Assembly: GCA_951406725.2 (NCBI GenBank)
Contig: OX597817.1
Coordinates: forward strand, 20,832,001-20,896,000
From: Octopus vulgaris
Taxonomy: Eukaryota
Reading direction: 5' to 3'
Length of the DNA: 64,000 nucleotides
Every line of letters begins with the position of its first letter. Position 1 is the first letter of the stretch. A program made the position numbers and the translations under genes. Shown here in pieces: positions 54,401-64,000 of the stretch. The notes under the pieces are model-generated. The model made no database searches. It was not told the DNA's origin and worked only from the letters and a program-made list of their open reading frames with translations.

Positions 54401-55702
54401 TTTCTTTGAAAAAATCTTCACTTTGGAAATTTCCGTTAACAAATTTGTCTTTTTTGTTTGAAATTTACTTGTAATTTCTTTCCATCTGAAATTTGGATAT
54501 AAAAAATGCATGGCCGTCATTTTTTAAAAATTTACTATTATCATATGATCTTAAATTTAACATCATTTTTGCTTACGTATAAGACTGTATTCTATGATAC
54601 TGACAAAGATTTTAGCTTGCAATGGGTATCATTATAAATCAATTGGCATTCCCTAGTTCAGAGCATATTCTCTACATATTTTGAGAAAGACTAGTAGCCT
54701 GACAGTATATGCAGTGAGGGAAGACTTCAATAACAATTTTTATTTCTAAAGTTTCCATGATCACAATAGGTAGAAATAGAGTAACTTTTATTTCATAGGT
54801 ATTCCTCCTGAGTTGGTAACTTTTGTATACCGTCAGCATTACAATCATAACACGAAATTTTAGCACATTGATATAAAGCAATCCATTCCCTAGTAAACTG
54901 AAGGAAAACAATTGATAAGTGTCTTTTCATATCACTGTTTGACGAGGAATACGTTAAAGGTTCTGTACGTGATCAGAGAGTTGTTGCAGATGTATAGGAC
55001 ATTAACAACAGACGAAATTTAAAATTCTGTATGTTAAAAGTAGTAAACGATACTCCACTCATAGATTAAAATATCGATTTCATTAGTTATTTTTAAAGAT
55101 ATTCTCTATGAAATTACAGCAACCCTAATATATATGGTCTGAATGGTATATGATTTTTCTGAAGCATTAGTTTTCAAAGTACCTTGATATCTTACTTTTA
55201 TTGGGATAGTTATTTAAAGAATTTATTTATTAATATATATAAAGCGATATGTTTCCGGTTCTGTTTGATTTGCGCTTATCGTATTGTGAGCGCATATTGA
55301 TACTAAAATAGTTTCATGGTTCACACCAAGCATTTCTTCAATATATTTATCACAAGGGTTATTTATTGATAGCTATCCTTATTTCTATACGTATATTGCA
55401 GTTTGAGGATTTATCGTTTTCTGTGGTGCATAATATGACAGGGAATTCACATGCATATGATTTTACAGAAAGTTTCTGAGTACGGGGATTGTATTTTGGG
55501 GGGAAATTCCTTGTCATTTGAATTTAGTTTGAGTATATATTGTTGGGTAATTTGGACTTAATATAATGTTGTTTGTGTGAATATTATTGTTCCTGATTAC
55601 TTTTCGAAGTTTATATTATACAGAAAATAAGGACGTAATTATGGAGGCGCAATTTTACAGTAGGACCTGAGAGACAATACGCACAGAGGAAGACACACAC
55701 GC

Positions 55703-55739
<37 letters not shown>

Positions 55740-55779
55740 GTATGTATGTATGTGTGTGTATAAATTTATATAAATAAGG

Positions 55780-56176
55780 ATAAGATCGTTCTTTAAAATA
55801 CCGATCATATTCAGGTGGCCAGCATAGGAATAAAAACCTCAAAGGTAATAGTTATTATTAAAATTATAATTAAGGGTATCTAAGAGATACCTCTATGCTA
55901 GTTATAGCAGCCAAAACTTGACTCTAAAATCACATTAAATGTTCATACAGCACCAGGAGAGAACACAGAGAGACAAAATAAACTAACAAAATAGAGAATA
56001 TTGGATGATTCAAGATCCCAGATTTCTGGATCTCCATAAGAAATGCCTTCCCTTCATTAGTGGAATATACGCACATAAATACAAATTGTATGAACATTTA
56101 TTGTGGTTTTAGAGTCAAGTTTTGGCTGTTATATCTAGCATGGTGGTCTCTCTTAGATAGTTTTAATTATAATTTT
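55780..56176. mobile_element. Fold-back element of the same family as 7080-7380
   Basis: About 55860-55948 is inverted at about 56090-56176; flanked by TA-rich microsatellite. Confidence 0.75.
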
Positions 56177-56276
56177 ATGTATGTATATATGTATATATAT
56201 ATATATATATATATACTCACACATACATATATATATATATATATACAATGTATGTGCATATCTATCTATCTATCAA

Positions 56277-56328
<52 letters not shown>

Positions 56329-57557
56329 TAGATAGATAGATAGATAGATAAATAGATAGGGAAGTAGACATGAATCTAACAACAATTATACGTTAATATA
56401 CATTACGAACACTATACTTATGTAATTCTCATGTCCTTTTAGCTTTTATTCCTTCCCTTAATCTTTGCTACCGACGTATATTCATTTGGCAACCCAGATT
56501 CTTAAAATGAATCTGTTGTCTTACTGTATGAAATGATGGTATAGCTACATGAATATAAATAATTATATATATATATATATGCATAACAAATTAATAAATA
56601 AAGCATATGCATATATACATACATATATACGTACCTACATCTACATGTATATATACATGCATATACGGGTACAGGACACAAAAAAAAAACGTCGAAAACA
56701 ATGAGAAACGAAAACAAACACAAAACCAAGGAAATGGACATTTTTCTTAAACAACGAAAAAATAGACTACAGGACATACAACACAAGGAAAATTACCCTC
56801 CTCAGTCGCTTCTGTTTCATCTGCTCCGCGTTTCGAAGGTCAAGGCGAGACACGATTTCGTTGAAACATTCCTTCCCGCAAAAAGCAAATTAAATAAAAT
56901 TCGAGATTTTTTTCTCGAAGGGTAAATATTGTAACAAAAACAGGACAGTAAAGACAGTACAAATTATAAACAGTAAAAGACAGCGCAAGGAGGATAACAC
57001 TAACACAGACAATGTAGGCTGTTAAGCCAAACGAGAGAAAATATTACGAACGCTTGTATATATATATATGCATATATACATATATACATACAAACATACA
57101 TATATACATATGTATATATATATACATATATATGTACACACAGCATTTTCATAACAATAAACCAAGCTTCAACGGTAAACCAGAACTTAATTGCCTACAT
57201 AATTTAAGGAATCTCATCATTAGACGGCGAAACATTATATAAACTGAAAGCGAATCATGAAGTGTTTCAAGTATGTTTCAATTTAAGCATACACACACCT
57301 AATTAGCAAACTTTACTCAATAAATTATAAAGTATAGATTTATATGATGTACATGGAGTCACCAAGCAACATTTCAGAGTCAGTGTACATGATCAGTCAT
57401 GTTTGAAAATCATGACGCTGGTCCCTGAGAGAACACCAGCACTTACGACCGATGTGAATTGAGCTTGGAATAATTGTCTCCATTGCATGAAACTCCGGGT
57501 AGCTCTTTAATAAATGCTGTGTATATTAACAGATATAATATATATTTCATCATATCT

Positions 57558-57745
57558 TTTTCAAATTTTGGTACAAGGTCAGTAAATTTGGGGAGTGGGC
57601 AAATTGATAACATGATCCTAGTACTGCTCCATATTTTAACGACACAACAGGAAGACAGGCAAATCATCCTCGTCAGAATTTGAAATAAGAAATATTAAGC
57701 CTCTAAGCATTTTGCCCGGTTTGCTACCGATCCTATCAGCTCGGT
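57558..57745 (-). mobile_element. Old SINE family B-related copy
   Basis: ctaagcattttgcccggtttgctaccgatcctatcagctcg head remnant. Confidence 0.6.
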
Positions 57746-58704
57746 GACAAACATTGTAATATACAATACATTACAATATGCGAGTTTATTTAGTGTTATA
57801 TTATAGCTGCTTATTTAGTCGTGAGCTTAGATAGACACACGCTCATCGAAACCGAAGATTTCACAACAGAAAATCAAGAATGATATACATTTTGTTCTTT
57901 TGACTGAAGCATACGTCATAATACCAATATAAATTGATATAACGAATGAAGCTTATATTCTAATATATCTCTATGTTAGTGTGACTGCAGAATTTTTCAT
58001 TATTCAGACCTTAATAAAATGTAGGTACCTTATATCATATCACACTTGTATCAGAAAACCTATTACCAATTTATAATCCATTTTCTTCGCGAATAATGCA
58101 ACATAGTCTTTCATTTATTAATGGACTAGCTTAAAAGCAGCACTCCGTGAGGAATTTTGGCTTCTCTCCTGCGGTTGTGTAATTGAGAAGGCGACCCCAA
58201 ATTAAAGAGACCTAAATGGCATGCCTATATTACGTTTAAAATCACTACATGCCCCAGTATTGCTTGATCAAAGGTTAAGGATGGATGAGAATTAATTCTG
58301 TAATGCAATCATTCTATTAGTCCAGTTGCACGTTGAATTCCAAAGTTATTACCTTGACATAAAATTAACGAAGCAAATGTGATTTTCTCCCCCTTGTCCT
58401 CTGGCGTCATCTGACAAACACCAACAAAGATGGCGTAAATCAGCCAAGATTTACTTGCTAGGAAATATCAACCCAAATACTTTTAAATCAGATCCCAATG
58501 CTGGATATTCAAAAACAAAATGAAGGTAAGATTTTTCATCCTGTGATTCATATAAGGTGTAATATGTCTAAATGGAGCAAATGTCGACTGAGTTATAGGG
58601 ATTCTGGACATACAGAATTTCGCGTTTAATCATTATAAAATTTTTTTAAAATATTTAAACTTCATTTTAAAGTCAACGAATGTCAGATGGATAGCTAGGT
58701 TGTC

Positions 58705-58818
58705 AAATATGCCCGTGGGTATATGGCGGAGCGGTTAAGAGCGCGGGATACTAACCCCAAGATTCCGAGTTCGATTCCCGGCAGTGACCTGAATAATAAT
58801 AATAATAATATTAATAAC

Positions 58819-58889
<71 letters not shown>

Positions 58890-59048
58890 TAATAACATGG
58901 AAAAATACCTTAGGAATGAGAACACAGCTTCAAAATTTCCCCAAGATGAAGGCTGAAAGGTATATCAGCCGAAAAATGATGACCAATATCCGTCAATTGT
59001 TAATAATGTACATAATGTACATAATTCCTCATCTCTTAAATATAGAAC
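58705..59048 (+). mobile_element. Solo pLTR of the 49615-50545 Penelope family (tRNA-like head, (AAT)n, deleted HHR)
   Basis: A box tggcggagcgg, B box gagttcgattcc, then gatgaaggctgaaaggtatatcagccgaaa; ends taattcctcatctcttaaatatagaac as at 49615. Confidence 0.85.
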
Positions 59049-59749
59049 GGAATATTTGGCAACTGTATTATTGAGTGTTAGAAATATGTCGTTTTGCATT
59101 TTGTGGCACTGTGTCTCATTATTAAACGAATGGGAATTCTTTTCATAAGCATAATAATACGAGTATCACTATTCTAAATGATTTCATTCTGGAAAATTTA
59201 AAAGGTTGGCCTTTCATAGTTTACATAATGTTTTATGTTTGGTTTATTAGGGTTAATTTAGCTAAGATAAAACAGCTCAATGTTGAAAATCAAACGGGAT
59301 AATTCTGTATCACAGTCATATTTTATAAAAAAGACTCCATTCTCGAAAGATACCTTATGTTATTTGAAGACGTACAGATATTTGCAAGATGTTTGGCAAT
59401 GATTTTTAACAGCTGTAGAAATACATATTTATTTATTACTAAGATAATAAACGCTTCTAATAATGCCAATTATGATATTATCCTTTATGTGTTTATCCAC
59501 CTAATCATATTATACCTATTCCCGCTTAGAATTTTGGCTGACAAATCTTGAAACTTATCGAAAGAGTTTCCCAGATAAAAATATCTAAACGCGACGTCTT
59601 TGCTTTTATAAAACACTTTGACAGGATTGTGTCGGAGTTATACACATGTTAAATTTTCATCTAAATTTTTTATAACTAGGCACATTTCCATTCTCTAATT
59701 GCACTTAGAAATAAAAACTAAAGCGTTTAAATATTATTAGTATTATTTT

Positions 59750-60022
59750 CTGCTCGGCCTGATATTTTAGAAGCGAGATGTAGTCTTTTATATCGATGCC
59801 AGTGCTCAGCTAGTACTTTTAAATTTTGACTCAAGGCCAGTATTTACGGTTGAGTGCGTTAGTCGATTACATCGAACCCAAAGCTCTATCGATACTCATT
59901 TTATGGACTCAGAGAATGTAAGGCAATGCAGATTTCGGTGCAATTTGAACTCAGAACATAAAAACGAGACGAAATGCCTCTACGCATTTTACCAAGCGTG
60001 CCAGTATTCTGCCAGCTCACTA
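59750..60022 (-). mobile_element. Old SINE family B-related copy
   Basis: aatttgaactcagaacataaaaacgagacgaaatgcc..tctgccagctcac. Confidence 0.65.
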
Positions 60023-60094
60023 CAATGAATAACCTTAATATTGAGTGTACAACCTGGACGTTAGCAAAGAACCTTGAGAGGCGGTTGGATGGAA

Positions 60095-60429
60095 CCTACA
60101 CTCGCTGAAGATCTCTCGTGGAAGCGCCATCCAACCAAAATGCAAATATATGGGAAACTGCCACCTGTGTCATCTCCTGTGAAAGGTAGGAGAGTCCAGT
60201 TTGCTGGACATTGTTGTAGAGCTGAAAAAGAAGTAATTTCTACTCTCCTCCTCAGGAAGCCATCTACTCGCAATACCAGAGGGCGCACACTCTCCTACCC
60301 TGATGTAATCTCCAGGGACACAGGCATCCAGTAGCAGGACCTCCGTAATGCTATGATGGATCGTGAAGTCTGGCGTAGCATGGTAAATTCCATTGCCTCG
60401 ACCACGGTCGAACAATGATGATGATGATG
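60095..60429 (+). mobile_element. RTE-clade LINE 3' end with a (TGA)n tail
   Basis: SWKRHPTKMQIYGKLPPVS..RRVQFAGHCCR..AMMDREVWRSMV, then tgatgatgatgatg. Confidence 0.88.
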
Positions 60430-61053
60430 GATATCAGTAGAATTATAAGCACATGTATTGAGAATCTCGTTGATATTAGCATTGCTTTTCAGATTAAAAT
60501 ATCCTGGGTGGTCATTATTGTATCATGGAATATTAGGTAAGCACCCGTGTTCGCAAACTATGCAGCGAAATGTAATTCGATATTTTTATTATATTAATGT
60601 TCAAATATTACATATCTACAAAATGTATATTTATTATGCTGAAGAACATATTTGTAAGGCAATACTAAAGCTATAGAATGTGGAAAAAGTAGAAAAATCT
60701 TCTTGATAAATCTATTGCATTGCATGCATCCATTGTTACGTGAGAAATAAGGGAAAAATAGCAATCTAGTATCTAAATAAGACAAGAATATATTTAACTG
60801 TGTATGTTATGAGTTTCTAAGTTGTGTGTATAAATTTGATTGAGAGATTACGTGTACGTCAATATATTCTCATCCAGTCTGTAAGAATGACAGAAAAGAA
60901 ACAGTGATGTATGTTTTGCAATATGGAAATTTATTCTTTCCAGTATTATAACAGAAGACTTTCCATTTACTGGACACCGTTTCGATGACAGAGTTAATAA
61001 TATAATGGTAAACCGCCTTGCTATAAGCTCACGCGAGCACTGCTACGTGAGTT

Positions 61054-61220
<167 letters not shown>

Positions 61221-61410
61221 TATTTTAGACAGAAAATAAAATAAACTCAAACGTAGGATAGATGTGAAAGCAGATTAGAGGATTGGGTTAATGCTCCTAC
61301 AAGACAAATGTTGCCAGCAGGCAGCAACAGGAAATCGAACGCAATACCTCTATTTATAAAGATATTCTACTGCTGCTGTTACCACCACTACAACAACAAC
61401 AACAACAACA

Positions 61411-61465
<55 letters not shown>

Positions 61466-61639
61466 ATACTACTTCAAAAACGTTTCAGTCTATCCAGTGC
61501 AGCTTGAACTTTCGCAAGTACAATGCAGGAACCTAACTCGTTGGGCTCAGATGGATTGGGCCCGACAACCTACATTCCTGTAAGGAGTCTAAGAAACTTT
61601 AAGTTACATGGAACCGTATTAAATTGGTTTTTAAATTAT

Positions 61640-62270
61640 AATACATGTAACTAGATGTCATGAGTGCGTCTTTCTTTCAACAGACCATTTTTCCAAATAA
61701 TGTTCCAGTAGAGGTCATTTGGCTCTCGCATAAAGATTAACAATGTTTTCCTTCTTAATGCTGCTTCTTGAATTTCTTCTTAGCTGGCAATTCCGGTTCA
61801 AAATGATGGACGCATCCCAACCCTGTCTCTGTTTCTGTGTCTCGTCTCTCATAAACAAAGCTTTGATCTCATCGTTGTAGCGGTCTCGTAAACATTGACT
61901 GATCTTAACACGGTTTTTAAGCTTCTATAATCTCTCTTGGCTCCTATTTTGCACGGAGTTTACGAAAGCGATGATTGTCGTGGATCACTTGGCTAGCAGA
62001 ACTTTGATTAATTTGCAGTAAACAAGCAACTTCTTCGATTACCACTGGGCATTTTGAAACAACCATCTCTTGTGATTGTTGTACATTAACGTCAGTGGTA
62101 TACATTGATCATCATCCTGCTCCTTCGTTATGCTCCATGCTTCTTATGCCACTTTTGAACTTCTTGATCCATTCATACACATTTCTACGCAGCACAGCAC
62201 GGTCAGTGTATGGAACCGAAAGCTGGAGCGGTCATAGTGAAAATCGGATACGTGACCACCCATGTCCCCC
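61640..62270 (-). pseudogene. Mariner (Mos1/Hsmar-like) transposase remnant
   Basis: RRNVYEWIKKFKSG..IEEVACLLQIN..VIHDNHRFRKLRAK*EPRE..VHHFEPE. Confidence 0.8.
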
Positions 62271-62542
62271 ATCTTAAATATTTGAGCGTTGATGGCCATG
62301 CTGGTAGTTAAGACAATGTCTTAGGGAAAGCACAAATGATTCTTGATTTCCCGTAATATATATACATATATTTATATAGGTTATGAGAGTTAATGGTGTC
62401 AATAAGACCCAAAGTTGTCAGGTAGATACGTCAGGTGAGTAAGTGCTATGGATAAACCATATTTAAGCACCAGATTCGGTGATTACACGAATAAGCAATC
62501 AAACGTAGGTCATATATCAGCATGTGTATATATAATGTTTTC

Positions 62543-62634
62543 TTCAGAATGAGATTAAACAAAAACAGGCTGTAAAGATTTTAGAACATTCATAAATGTT
62601 CTAAAATCTACACAGCCTTGGTTTTTTCTCATTC

Positions 62635-62638
<4 letters not shown>
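62543..62638. repeat. ~45-bp-arm imperfect hairpin abutting (TA)n
   Basis: ttcagaatgaga..aggctgtaaagattttagaacatt cata aatgttctaaaatctacacagcct..tctcattctgaa. Confidence 0.85.
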
Positions 62639-62691
<53 letters not shown>

Positions 62692-62699
62692 TTATATAT

Positions 62700-62782
<83 letters not shown>

Positions 62783-64000
62783 ATGTTACTATTTGTCTTA
62801 CGTGCGTATTTGGGAGACTACTCTCGTGTAAGATTATATGTGTTACCTTAGAATGTCGTGAAAGCTAAGAACAAATCAATGATGTTGCATTGTTGGTAAG
62901 CTGTGTGCAGTAAGTTTATCTACAAGCAGTAGCTTTAGACATTTATTTAACCAATTCTGTCGTAGAAATTCTTTAACAACGACGATAGCTCATTAAGACA
63001 AATATTGCCCATATATTATTAGGTTGACTAGTGATTATATTGAATATCATTTTCGACATTGCTGCTAGTAGAATCATTGAAGCGAAGCATCTGTGCTTAA
63101 AAAATAGCTTTGATTACATCCGTAGAGGACTAATTGATACGCGAAAATCTACTCTTAATATTACAGCAAATACTGAAGTTCAAGCGACATTAATACTTCT
63201 CTCGATTTAATGAGAGGTTGCAGCTCATTGCTAAGCAGTAATGGATAGTATGCTGTAAGAGAGTAGCATTTAATTGCCAAGAATTTCAAACGCATTAGCC
63301 GCATATAATTTCTCGTAAGTAACATTTTGATTGGTAACATCAGTGCATTATATTACCGCAAGTTATTGTATCAACTTAGCTGACCTTTGATCGGGTATGC
63401 GAATATGTTACTCGGTAATTTACGAACATTATATATACACATATATGTAAATTCTTGAGTGTTTGTATTCTGTACAAGACATTGTTCAGCTACAAAAGTT
63501 GTGTAATACTTCAAAATGGTTGGTGCTTCTTGAGCTTTCTGTGAGTTGACCTCAATTTCTCATTTATTTGATAAGATACGTGCTTGCATTAATGAACACA
63601 GGAGATCTTATTGCATAAGAACTGCAGGCGTACAAAAAATTATACTTTATTGTCGATTGAAAAGACTTTGATGCCGTAAATGTATTTATATTTCCTATAT
63701 TAGTCACTTCCTGCAAATGTAATTGTTTCGGTAAGCAATACATCAGTGTGTGTCTGTGTGTGTGTGTGTTAGTTCTCTCTTTGTTACTCTCTCTTATTTC
63801 CTCACTGCTATCCCTGTATTTCACATGTTGCATATATATATATAAAATACAGAGGAGATAGATAGACAGAAAGATAGATAGATATATGAATATATAGAAA
63901 AACATTCTGCAGGCAGAGAGCGGTTTCGGGTTAAACGCATTGTGTAGTAAGGGAACGTAGGTTTACTTAGGGGAAGGAATCACATTCTAATTTACCCATG

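Noticed and set aside
56780-56870. Minus-strand CTGAGGA and CGAAAC in a repeat-like segment
   Set aside because: The order and pairing could not be folded into a hammerhead.
58716-58790. Possible tRNA gene (also 18153-18225)
   Set aside because: A/B boxes are present but there is no convincing acceptor stem, and each is embedded in a repeat family; treated as tRNA-derived heads.

Overview
AT-rich, microsatellite-dense eukaryotic DNA with no supportable host protein-coding gene. The SINE families and composition look like an octopus/cephalopod genome (my recognition, not a database result). Nearly all listed ORFs are translations of (TA)n/(CA)n/(CTT)n/(AAT)n tracts or decayed transposons. The window holds three kinds of tRNA-derived SINE and fragments of Tx1/L1-like, R4/Dong-like, RTE and CR1/L2 LINEs, Tc1/mariner, a Helitron Rep and several Penelope-like (GIY-YIG) elements. 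The most notable signal is RNA-structural. At least six unrelated sequence families carry type I hammerhead ribozyme (HHR) motifs, found by manual folding. One is a head-to-tail array of ~480-490 bp non-coding monomers (7395-8912), each with an HHR bearing a long stem II extension, which resembles a retrozyme or tandem pLTR able to yield monomeric or circular RNA. Others include U3-A8 and U4C core variants and a Penelope terminal repeat that puts a tRNA-like Pol III head upstream of its HHR. Many of these sit in (TA)n tracts as fold-back insertions. No ribozyme activity is shown.
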